From: Eukaryota sp. GEM-RC1
Taxonomy: Eukaryota
Length of the DNA: 64,000 bases
Reading direction: 5' to 3'
NCBI GenBank assembly: GCA_040285855.1
Contig: JAUFOQ010000006.1
Span: forward strand, 1,302,001 to 1,366,000
Translations under genes and position numbers: made by a program
In this document: positions 39,241-49,688 of the stretch, piece by piece
Position numbering within the stretch: the first letter of the stretch is position 1
How the letters are laid out: each line of letters starts with the position of its first letter
The notes under the pieces: generated by a model
What the model saw: the letters and a program-made list of their open reading frames with translations, nothing else
The model's database searches: none
Told to the model about the DNA's origin: nothing

Positions 39241-39739
39241 AACACTGTAGGAAGGTTGTCATCAACAACAGTATCAGTTGCAATGTCAATAAATGGAATT
39301 CTTGATTCTTTTTCCTTTTTTCCTTTAACAACTGGAATTTCAGGAAATTCATTCAAAGAACCAGTTGAACCTTCAACTACTTGCGAGCTTTGACATTCTT
39401 CGTCAGTTTTAGGGAATTTTGTACAACCACTAGATTGATCATACAGTCTCTGTTGACGTTTAGAACCTTGTTCTTGAGGACGATGAATTACTGACGAATG
39501 ACACTTTTTGGTTTCCGTTCTAGTCGTCGTGCTTTAGAGTTTTTGACGGATGTGTCAGATGAAGAAGAATAACTTGATGAAATTTTATTAGTTACTTCTA
39601 GAGTTTTACGACGAGATAACAGACGTGTAGAAGGTTCAGAATCGGAAGATTTATTTCTTTTCCAGCAGGTTGATTAGTTTTGGGAGATTTTTTCTTTCCA
39701 GTGTCCGATCTACTATGTTGTTGCTGAGGAAGTGTAGGT

Positions 39740-40370
39740 GGAACTATTGTTGGTTGTAAAGATTGAAGATACAATTTTATTACTTGCCTACTCTCTTGAG
39801 CATTGATAGAGTTTTGCAACAATATACCAGCAGCTTGAATAAGAGGTTGATCTGAGAATTCATGTGAAGTGAGAAGTTCTAAAAGTCCTCTCATATACTC
39901 AAGAACATAAATTCCACAATCATTTGGTGTTTGCTTCTCTATCACTGGAACAATAATGAGTCGATACTGGAGTTGATGAAGAGTTTCGTCTATTCTCGAA
40001 ATAACTTGATTCAAAAACGAATTAATTTCATGTAAATTCTTACCAACATCCTGTCTGTGATTTTCAACATCATAAAGAGGATCGAGAAAGATGAAAAGTT
40101 CATCATGTGTATCGATTACAACCAAACCCCAATGTATACCAGAACTTTCGTTGATCAATGCGTCATTTATTGGAAGAAACAGATATCTAGAATTTGCCTG
40201 AAGAATCTTGTTGATGAAAAATTGGTGAAGAGATTGATTTTCATGAACTAAAAATGATTGAACAGATCCAGGAGTTACAAAGGCGTTTAAATCAACTCCA
40301 TATATCTCCATCAAATGTCAAGAGTACCAATTAACACAATCGTCCACAATCCAACCATCAGGTGACAAAG
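39740..40370 (-). CDS. Ulp1/SENP8-like cysteine protease domain 2
   Basis: GWIVDDCVNWY, FLPIND...GIHWGLVVID, FLDPL, KQTPNDCGIYVL (H-D-Q-C); in-frame TGA at 40318-40320. Confidence 0.8.
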
Positions 40371-40684
40371 TCTTGATTGCTTCTGAAACCTCTTTTAAAT
40401 CATTTTGTGTCAGAGCATTGGGATTTGAATCTGGAATTTCATCAGGAGATGACATAAGTGTTGAAGGTTCAGATATTTCAGAAGTACCAACAGATGTATT
40501 CATTTGTTGTTGAGATTGGGTTGAATGAACGTCAGTAGGTAACCCTAGGTAATTCCTTATTTCATTATTTAACATAGTCCTGTATACTGTAGGATCAAAA
40601 GTTTGATAAGATAAATCGAATTGACATGTGGTGAATGCGGTACAATGACTTAAACCTAACAACCGATTGTATTCTGTGTAAAAC

Positions 40685-40965
40685 TGATTGATGGCATTTT
40701 GATAGTCATTCTGTGCCTTTTCTAAATGTTTTACCTGAGTTTCTGGGTCGTTTCTATTGATCAATTCTTGCAGTGATTGCACTTTCTCATCCAATAATGG
40801 AAGTTTATACTTCAAATCAATAATTATCAACTGATTGACCGCATTTTGATAGTCATTCTTTGCGTCTTCTAATTGTTTTACCTCAGTTTCTGGGTCGTTG
40901 TTATTGATCAATTCTTGCAGTTTTTGAACTTTCTCCTCCAATATTGGAAGTTTATGCTGCAAATC
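40685..40965 (-). repeat. Two tandem 147-bp (49-aa) helical repeats within the polyprotein
   Basis: KLPILEEKVQKLQELINNNDPETEVKQLEDAKNDYQNAVNQ / KLPLLDEKVQSLQELINRNDPETQVKHLEKAQNDYQNAINQ. Confidence 0.9.
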
Positions 40966-40968
40966 AAC

Positions 40969-41733
40969 TTAATTCAAAAGCTGGTTATTGAAGCTTTTAT
41001 ACAAAGTTTCAATCACATATAAAACAAAAATCCCACAATCATAGTCATTGTTTTGTTGTGGTACACTTAGATTGTGAGGATGAAAAAGATTGCTAGCACG
41101 TGCTACATGTTCTTTGGTTGAATTTAAGAACATTTTTCCATTAAGGGAATCTGCGAAATACAAATGACTCAAAGCAAGATCGTAAATAGCAAGTCCCCAA
41201 TGACTTCCAGGAAATAATGCAGTTATAGCATCATTAATAGGCATTACTACTAACACTTTACCAACGTTTTTAGATTTAATGGTTGCAGAAACATCGGCCA
41301 AATTATCTTGATTTCGTATAGCGCTGCCAAACTCCATAGGGTCGAAATCTCCTATAATCTCTGCAGCTAAAGGATACTTTTGTGCTATCAAGTGATGTCC
41401 AAAATTTAAATGTGAAGATTCTAGCCATGTTTCATCATCCAGAGGACTAATACCACCAAAAGCAATTTCTGGGCCAGGGTTTGACTCAATGTCTCCGTCC
41501 ATAGTCAAATCACGGACAAATTGTGATGACTGGAGATTTATGTTGGTTTTTGTAATACAACAAGAACAACAAGAACCACTACAGTATGGAGTACTATAAC
41601 AAAAACAAAAAAGAAATAGAAGAGATTTGAGGATCGAGGGACCCATGAAAATCTTCATAAAGACCTGACGGTCTTGAGCGAAAATAAAGCAACAAACCAA
41701 GCAAAGGAGTGATCTGAGGATCAAAAGACCCAT
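40969..41733 (-). CDS. Hydrophobic leader + 2A peptide + Ulp1/SENP8-like protease domain 1
   Basis: ETWLESSHL, MPIND...GSHWGLAIYD, FADSL, PQQNNDYDCGIFVL. Confidence 0.82.
   Translation of the reverse strand: MGLLILRSLLCLVCCFIFAQDRQVFMKIFMGPSILKSLLFLFCFCYSTPYCSGSCCSCCITKTNINLQSSQFVRDLTMDGDIESNPGPEIAFGGISPLDDETWLESSHLNFGHHLIAQKYPLAAEIIGDFDPMEFGSAIRNQDNLADVSATIKSKNVGKVLVVMPINDAITALFPGSHWGLAIYDLALSHLYFADSLNGKMFLNSTKEHVARASNLFHPHNLSVPQQNNDYDCGIFVLYVIETLYKSFNNQLLN
41470..41520 (-). other. 2A/StopGo ribosome-skipping motif FVRDLTMDGDIESNPGP
   Basis: Exact match to the GD(V/I)ExNPGP consensus. Confidence 0.85.
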
Positions 41734-41929
41734 AGAAGGCTCCTGACAGTGGGGAGACGAAGCACAGTGAGATATCTAACCAACACGAAGTCGATAGACA
41801 TCTCACTAAGCGAATGATCTTAAATTTCTGTTTGAACTATTTGTGGTTAATGTCTACATTGACATGTTGACATCTTGACGATGGACTGCATTTTGTCTAC
41901 AGTAATTTCACTGGAAATTTGTAAATAAT

Positions 41930-42415
41930 ATGCCGTTACATCTACCTCACCAATGTAAGAACTCTCTTCGCAAGATCAGAACAACACTTCGCAGCTTACA
42001 TCACCCTGCTTCAAAGTCCTCTAGTGCTGACACTCATTCGTACTATATTGATGTTCCCGAACAATGCGATCTTCACAACGTAGTACTTATATATGATCAA
42101 GACCGAGAATTATTTCGTCCCGCAACGCTTTCTGATCCGCCTCATTGTATAAATCATTTAGCAATCATCCCACTTACGACTCCTCTGAAGCTCACTAACC
42201 GTACAGGAAAAGTGTTTCTTGTCACACAGGTTTGCCAGGAATGCTCACAGTATTTTGTTTCTTTGGATCCTCTTCCTGTGATGACGTCGTCTCCTGATAA
42301 CGTGGTAGTCACTAGTCCTCCTTCTGGTCCTACTTCTGGTCCTTTCTTGTACCCTCTCTTGGACAGAGAGGAGACAGATAGTGCACCATCAGCCCCTGTT
42401 ATGGATGATATTTGA
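41930..42415 (+). CDS. Hypothetical 161-aa protein divergent from the polyprotein
   Basis: ATG-started intact ORF with a CxxC motif; no recognised family. Confidence 0.4.
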   Translation: MPLHLPHQCKNSLRKIRTTLRSLHHPASKSSSADTHSYYIDVPEQCDLHNVVLIYDQDRELFRPATLSDPPHCINHLAIIPLTTPLKLTNRTGKVFLVTQVCQECSQYFVSLDPLPVMTSSPDNVVVTSPPSGPTSGPFLYPLLDREETDSAPSAPVMDDI

Positions 42416-42669
42416 GTGATCCTTTGACAAGTTCTTCTTTCCCATGTAGGTGATCATTAATGACTTGTGTATTAAACGTATGATCATTATGTTTCTTCTA
42501 TCTTTGTCACATTTTTATGAATATTTAGCCTTCTAATGTTCTTCTAGTTTGATGTGATTCATTTGATCAATGAAAGAGCTCTGAGAAAAAACAATCAAAT
42601 TTGATCTTGGTGACAGTAGACATCTACTAACACAAGATTTGCTACAAACATCTACTGTAGTAAAATCCA

Positions 42670-43380
42670 TTAATGATTGACTCGATTTAAGCCACGGAGT
42701 ATGGAGATCCCGTCTTTTTGATCAGTAAATTCATTTTCTGAAAGATGATTCAAAACTGGTTCAACTATAGAGTGAAAACCATGCGCTTTAAACATGGAAT
42801 AGCAAGAATCACGTACACCATCATGAATTACTGCACGTAGATGAATATAATATCGACAATTAATTAAATGACGAAATACACCATTAGCTCCACAAGAACA
42901 AGTCGAATAGTTTAATAAATTTGCAGGCCAAATAGCCAAACGAAGACGCATATTGATCATCCAAGCTTCATCAGATAGATGAAATGCCAACACATTAGGA
43001 ATTTGAGAAATAAATCCAGAAGGTCCACTATTACAAAGGTCCATTAAAAAAGCAGCGAACTCGGGACTATTAGTTTTAGCCAAGCTAATACGATTATTAA
43101 AGTCCAAGAGTTCAAACTCCTTGTCAATTTATTTTGGAGCTTACATACAGCAGACGGTAGAGATGAAATATTTTTTAAAGGAGTCTCATTCAATTGAGCA
43201 GGGAACAAAGATTCTCACATTTCAGGAGACAAAGATGATACCAAATCTTTAGCAGATTGAATCCAACGGCAATTACTGGAATTCAACAGATTGATTCCAT
43301 CCAAGGGAAACCGTTTCAAAAATTCAAACATAAAATTCTTAACACCTCCTAAAAAAGCAGATTTTCTAATGATTTTAGCA
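42670..43380 (-). mobile_element. RLE retrotransposon fragment (post-RT region and zinc knuckle)
   Basis: WMINMRLRL, CSCG...HLINC...HDGVRD. Confidence 0.8.
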
Positions 43381-43610
43381 TGGGTGAAACCTACCCTGCA
43401 AATTCAGGTAAATAGAAAGCATGAAATGGAATCTTAGTCTCATCAATTTCAGTCAAGTTAATTGAATACAACAACAATCACAACACAAAATCTCCACACA
43501 ATAATTGTGATATGCAACTATGTTGTTAAATAGCTAAAATTTGAATTTTGATGAAGATCAGATGGTGTTTCAACTTGAAACACCTCTTTCAAGAAAGAAA
43601 CTAACTGATC

Positions 43611-44978
43611 ATGGATGACTTCCTTTCACCCAAACAAGTTGTGATATTTCTATCGCTTGTATATCTGTTGTTTCAAACAGTTATCCATGTTGTTCTTTAT
43701 TTCTTCCACTTCACACACTCGTATTTGTTGCTCATTGCTGTGTTCAGTTTAACCATATCTTCTTTAGTGGTTGTTTGTGCCCTAAACTACGTCCGAACAT
43801 TAGAGAAATCAAACAATGGAGTCTTGCAACGGGTATTTCTCAGCTACTTTTTCACTATCGCTGCTACCCATACATTGCTGACTCGGTTTTGGGTGGAAAC
43901 AGATCATTTTGATTTGTACCTCATCTCCGCCTCAGTCATTTCTTTATTTGCTCTCTTCATGACCCTAACTCACAACTATAACCCTTCCCTACTTCTATCA
44001 CTCTCTATATTTGGAATCATCACCACCCTCCTTCTTCTTTTCTTTTCCCAACTTCCCAATATTTCTGGTTATACTTCAACCTTCCGCACTCTAGATCACT
44101 ACCATATCCTTGTTGGAGATCCAGGTGATAGCTACGTGCCTACCGACCTTGACGATCTTCTCAGTTCAATCAAATCTGATCATGGGCTCTATGTGTTATC
44201 AGGTCCACCTGGAATAGGAAAGAGTTTAGCTCTCTATCGTCGTTTTAGGAAGGAACGCGTGATTTGGCTGAGTGCTAGGGCAAGCCTATCAACTAACCTT
44301 TTACATTTGGGCTATAGAGAATCTGATGAAATTAAATGTTTTGATTTCATTACGAGAGAACTCAGAACAAACAAATACGTGCTTGTAGTTGATGACGCAC
44401 ACTTAGCTCGAAACGATTCTCTAATCTCAAAACTCTACCTTGGAGTTGGATCTGTAAAACCTCAGTTCAAAATCTTTTTGATTGTATCCGATTACAATCA
44501 TTACTTATCACGTATTCGGGATCAAGTCAGTCGGACAGTGATTGATCTCTTTGGGTCCTACCCTCAGTCTAATGTTGTTAAAGAAGTTTGTTTAAAGCAC
44601 AATCTTACTAATTGGGAAGTAGTAGTCAACTTGACTGGTCCCTCGCTTCGATTGATTGCTAACTATGCTGATTATGATCGATCTATCATGAGGATGAAAT
44701 GCAACGGTCAGATTGATTCTCTTTTACTGTATCAGCATGTCCAACCAGCTTTGTTGGAGTTTACGACGATGTTTAAAAGTGATTATGGTCGACTTGATTT
44801 AAGAAAGTCTGGAATCAATCAAGAAATGTTTGATTTTCTTGTGATTAGGAATATTTTATCTGGGATTTATTCAAATGCCTATTTCCATGATCCTCTTGTC
44901 CGCAGAGCTGCTTGTACGTTGTTTGAGCACCACAATCTACCTTCTTGTAACGTCACCCTTTGTCATCAGATCACGTGA
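43611..44978 (+). CDS. Multi-TM protein fused to a P-loop ATPase
   Basis: ~5 hydrophobic helices, Walker A GPPGIGKS, Walker B LVVDD. Confidence 0.7.
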   Translation: MDDFLSPKQVVIFLSLVYLLFQTVIHVVLYFFHFTHSYLLLIAVFSLTISSLVVVCALNYVRTLEKSNNGVLQRVFLSYFFTIAATHTLLTRFWVETDHFDLYLISASVISLFALFMTLTHNYNPSLLLSLSIFGIITTLLLLFFSQLPNISGYTSTFRTLDHYHILVGDPGDSYVPTDLDDLLSSIKSDHGLYVLSGPPGIGKSLALYRRFRKERVIWLSARASLSTNLLHLGYRESDEIKCFDFITRELRTNKYVLVVDDAHLARNDSLISKLYLGVGSVKPQFKIFLIVSDYNHYLSRIRDQVSRTVIDLFGSYPQSNVVKEVCLKHNLTNWEVVVNLTGPSLRLIANYADYDRSIMRMKCNGQIDSLLLYQHVQPALLEFTTMFKSDYGRLDLRKSGINQEMFDFLVIRNILSGIYSNAYFHDPLVRRAACTLFEHHNLPSCNVTLCHQIT

Positions 44979-45477
44979 GTTTCTTTAATTAAATATCTTT
45001 TATTTATCACCTTTTTTTGTTAGTGTTTTCTTATTTTTAAAAAAGAATGGCTTCTGTGCATTATACCAAAATTGTACAAACTGAATTTCTTGGAGATTAA
45101 TATAGTGTATAGTGTTTTATATAAAATGACGTTTTTTTCTGAAGACAATTACTCAGCATATTTTATGATTATTGATCTGTCTAAATGACCAGATATCTAA
45201 TCTACAGCGGCAAGAGAGGTATTTCATAGTAATTTAGAATAGAATCAAGAAGCGTTTTTCAATCAGATCTTCAAACACTTTTTTAAAACCTGTTTTGAAA
45301 GTAAGACAATGCTGGACACAGTGACAACTTTGAGCTGCTTATCTGTATCAAATAGCATATACACTGTTCTTAATTATTCCAATCGTCATAACAATTGAAA
45401 ATCAAAACATTTCTTCTTCAAGATATCATTCGTCATCACATGCATTGTAGATACCCGTAGAGTTTCACTGATACCAA

Positions 45478-46050
45478 ATGTCATCTTTCTTGGCCAGCTA
45501 CTTAAGACCAGGTCAGGTATTTCGGGGTTGTCAGATTCCCGGTGGTTCGAAGGCAAATTGGGATGTAGAACTTAGCATACGTGAATCGAACACATTAGGC
45601 TTCTCTGGTGTTCTTAAGTCAACGATCCCCACACATCAAGCCGTATACACTCTCTTTCATGCAGAGTTGATAGATGGAATCCACACTAGTTTCTTCACAA
45701 CAAATCAGAAGTCAAATCCAACAGAAGATATACAACATTGGTCTCGATTCAAGACTTTCAAAGATCACTTTGGTACAACTTCTAAGGCCAAGTTATTTGC
45801 ACCTTCAGCAGAACTGGCAGATGCACTGACGCGTTGCCCTGGTCTATTCTTTCGAATAGAGGAACTTTGCTTTCTTCAGTCTGTACATAGTGCAGAACAT
45901 TTGACAATAGAAGGTTTCTACTTCGCTCAATACTCCAAGAGTTCAGGTGCTATTGAGGGATATTACTATGAGAGACGTGCTCGACCAGGACAAAAGCTTC
46001 AGTTACGGCCTGTCACCGCAAATAATATTCCAGACGTTAATATTCAGTGA
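45478..46050 (+). CDS. GID4: GID4/Vid24 Pro/N-degron recognin
   Basis: YLRPGQVFRGCQ, WDVELSI, EDIQHWSRF, TIEGFYF, IEGYYY..Q.L.L. Confidence 0.82.
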   Translation: MSSFLASYLRPGQVFRGCQIPGGSKANWDVELSIRESNTLGFSGVLKSTIPTHQAVYTLFHAELIDGIHTSFFTTNQKSNPTEDIQHWSRFKTFKDHFGTTSKAKLFAPSAELADALTRCPGLFFRIEELCFLQSVHSAEHLTIEGFYFAQYSKSSGAIEGYYYERRARPGQKLQLRPVTANNIPDVNIQ

Positions 46051-46713
46051 CGGTTTCTCTTTTTAATTGTGTTTATTTTATTTTATTAACTCGAATGTTT
46101 CTTAACTTCTTTAACATTTACGTTTAGAATAAACAGTTTTGTGCCCCATAATATATGTCTGCTATTTACATTCATCACCGAAAAGTACCGTTAACTGAAC
46201 ACGGATCTTCGTGTTCAGTTAATAGTTCCAATGTACTATTATAATGGTAGATGTATAACAAAGTACGTCATGATATTTGCGAAGTACAATAATATTGTCT
46301 TTCAGTCTTTTGTGCATCTTTACATTGAAATATTGGTCCTAAGGAGTTCTTAAATTTGTTTGAAAATTTGGTAAGAAGATCAACAGATGGATCGCAATGG
46401 AAGATTAAATTTGCTTGTTCGATTTTAAAGTCAATGTATAGATATATTGATTCCGTTTTGTCCAAGTTGTTTGGTGGCAACTACTTTTCCGAATTGGGTT
46501 GTTCTTTTGATAATTAAACACGTGTTTTGATTTGGTTTTTTTTGTTTTGATAGAGTATATTTGGATTATTGGAATACAAATCCATTTTAATGGGAGCTTC
46601 TAGGTGGTTAAATCCTTTTGAAGTTATACTGTTGACACCAATTTAAGCACACGCAATATTATTACACTAAGGTTAATTTGACTGGATTCAAGAAAGTCAA
46701 TATTCTTCTTCAA

Positions 46714-48148
46714 ATGTCTTTTATTTCTATTCCACAAAAACAGTACAACGTTCACGCCATACAAGAAGATGGAACTGTCATTCCCAATCCGGAGCCCTCT
46801 TTTGAAACGATTCTCTTTGAAAAACTATCTCGTACTGATTTTTCCGATCTTGAACTTCTAAAAGGAGGAGCTCTCAAGATCCCACCTTCATCTGGTCAAT
46901 CTCAACCTCAACTCTTTGCATATCTCCGTTCTCTTGAAGAAGCGATCTCAGCTGCTCGTTCACAAGCATTTCTTTTATCAGAACTACTCAACCTTGTTCA
47001 TAACGGCTTCATTTCCCCTTCACAAATTTCCCCTGCCATTAAATATCAGGACCCTTCCACTGAAACTTCTCAACTGCTCAACCTCTTCATTACTCGAAGG
47101 AAAGTACTGTCAGACGGAGGTATATTGGTGGATGAAAAGTCGAAGGAAACATTGGAGTCCATAGAGATATCGGCAAGGAACTTTGAAAAGGCATCGTTTT
47201 TCCGTAAGTTGAATTATGATTTTTCTGTAGTTAAAAAAAGTCCACAATTGGTTTTTCGATTAGGCAGCTGTTCTAAAACTGTGGATTTGAATGTTTTAAA
47301 TATTGAAAATGACCAATATTTGACAGAATTTTTAAAAGGATTTGGATTTGAATTCGCCACGAATTTTACAGTGAATTATTTTGGCAAAACCTTGGAAAAT
47401 CTAAAATTTGTAACAGATGATTTTTGTTTGTTCTTTAACCCAGACTATACTGGTTTTGAAGTGACTTCTCCTTTTTCAAACCTATCTTCTTTAGAGTTCG
47501 CCTCTAAATTATCAACATTATTTATTCAATACTCAATTAAAACTTATTTGAAGACGCGTCATGCGACTTTCTCGTCTCAATCAGATTTGATTGATCCTTT
47601 TTCTTTGTTTGTAATTCTATTCGAGGTATTGTATACAAATTCAAATGTTTACAGACTTTAAAAAAGTTAAAACTTCGTGATTTGGTGGCAAGTTACTCAG
47701 ACAATTTCTGTTTAGAAGTGTGTAATCAAAATTCTAATCAATTAAACTTTTCAATTTTGAATAATCAAAAACGTGGTCAACTCTTTCTATTTGTTTCCTT
47801 GAAAATTTCATCAGATTTCATTTTCTTCCGTTGAATTTAGTTTTCGTACATTGTTTTGATCAAAAATTTCCAAAAATTGATATTGTGCATTTTTTAGGCT
47901 TATTCATATTAACTTGTACTTTCCAACAATTTACTCCACTCCAGTTGTCAACTTTTTTTAAAATTTCTCAAAGTTTTATTTCTTTTTCTTTCAAAGACTT
48001 AAACTTTTCTCTTAGTTGGACTGTGGATACCCCTTGTCAAAATTTTAATTTTTTATTGTTGGAAACTAACAAAACTACACAAGAACTGTCTCTTTTACAG
48101 CTGAAACAGTTTTTTGAAGAACACTTGAATCCACTGTTTTCGCAATAA
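46714..48148 (+). CDS. Hypothetical protein (weak resemblance to Med17 N-terminus), frameshifted 3' half
   Basis: 327-aa ORF plus downstream pieces. Confidence 0.4.
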
Positions 48149-48493
48149 TTTTTCAATTTTGTTTGTTTGTTCCTTTAACTATGATAGATAACAAAATTGA
48201 AAAACTGTTTAACTCGAATCAAAAACATCGACTTACTGCAGCTTATGTTCAAGTCGAATTTAAAGTCTTTTACTCTTACTTCCATCAATCCTGTCTGAGA
48301 CCGCTGATCCAATTTGTGATGCTCCTTTTGTCAATCTTTATGTACAACATAAAGATTGTACCTACATCGCAGTATGATTTGATGAATTCAATTTTGATCA
48401 TAAGCAAATGTCTCTTTATTAAATTTAGCTGTAAAAGTTCATTTCCTTTAGTTTTATTGATCTATAAACAGTTTAATCGATCTTTAATTAAAC

Positions 48494-49566
48494 TTAAAGA
48501 ATTTCATCATCAGACTCATCCTCAGGAACTTCAATAACAGCATTAACTTCTTCCTCTTCACCTGACATTTCCAATTCGCTCATTCTCTCTTGAATAACCT
48601 GTACATCTTGACCTACATCTCCATCTGACAGTGTTTCTACAACACGTGGTCTGATCTCCATTTTATCGAGGTCAATCGGCAGTTTCTTAGCCACCTTCCC
48701 AATTGAGTGCATCAAATACCCTATTCCTTGGTCACTTTGGCCTATTTCTACAATCTTTTCTTCATCTCTACTCTCATAGGCGTCTAGTAAAGCCTGAATT
48801 GAGTTAAAGTCAGGGCTCTGCATTAAACGGGTACCAGCACAATTAGCCATGAAGTACTCGTCGGCTTTGTGGTAGTCACCTGCTGCTAGTAGAAGTATAA
48901 TGGCACTAAAGATGTCCTTCCACGAGTTCTCCATTTGACCAATATCTATGTGTAATTGTTTAACTGAATCAAAAACTGAGCACACTCTTCATACTTTTGA
49001 CCCTTGAGGAGGAGGTTTACAAGTGGTGTTACTACAGAATCAATAACCAATCGTTTGGTTAACTCTTCTGATAAACTTAAATCAAAAGCTTCCTTATAGG
49101 TCGATACAGCTTCATCCTGAGCTCCAGCAGCAACCTGGGCTTCTGCTGCTTTAGCTAGGGCCTTTATCCTGGCTGCAAGGTTATCAGACAGACCATATTC
49201 TAGGGAAGCGTCCAAGTAGAGAGTGACAGACTCAGAGTGGTCATTGAGTTTAGTGGCTAGAGAAGCAGCTAGTTCAAGGTTTTTACCAGCAGAGTAATGT
49301 CTACAACAAGAAGAAGAGTATTGGCATACATTCCAGTTTGAGAGTGAGATAGGGCAGACTTCTTGAAAGCATCGATTGCTTTGGGGAAATCCTTGGCTAC
49401 TTTAAAGGAAGTAGCAGCTCTTTCAAAGTGCATAGCAGCTGATTGATGCTCCGGTTTCCATTTGAAGAGACTGGTCTTGAGACTAAGTTGAGCAAATGCG
49501 AAAGACAACGAACGCAGAGCTCCCGTCACGATAATGGGCTTCAGCTTTAGCCAAAGGTGTAGCCAT
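48494..49566 (-). CDS. NAPG: Gamma-SNAP
   Basis: LKTSLFKWKPEHQSAAMHFERAA, TPR-like helices, acidic C-terminus DDEIL; introns 49483-49513 (31 nt) and 49301-49329 (29 nt). Confidence 0.85.
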
Positions 49567-49688
49567 TTACAAGGAAAAATTGTTTATTATTTTTCAACTC
49601 TCAAGATTTGTAGATCTAACTAGTACTTTTATACTGGAATTGAAGCCGATTTGCTTCTTCTTTCAAAGGAGAATTAGTTATCCTGTAT

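Noticed and set aside
38039..40971. Alternative genetic code (TAA/TAG as Gln, TGA as Trp) explaining in-frame stops
   Set aside because: Host genes end at TAG (cullin), TAA (PAP2) and TGA (GID4), and long conserved ORFs contain no internal stops
36172..41733. Polinton/Maverick or endogenous virus
   Set aside because: Only the PolB exonuclease domain is present; no polymerase, integrase, packaging ATPase or capsid genes are seen
36021..41875. Similar TACATTGA..GTTGACA motifs as termini of the Fanzor element
   Set aside because: Short, gapped, in direct orientation and without a TSD; not enough to define ends
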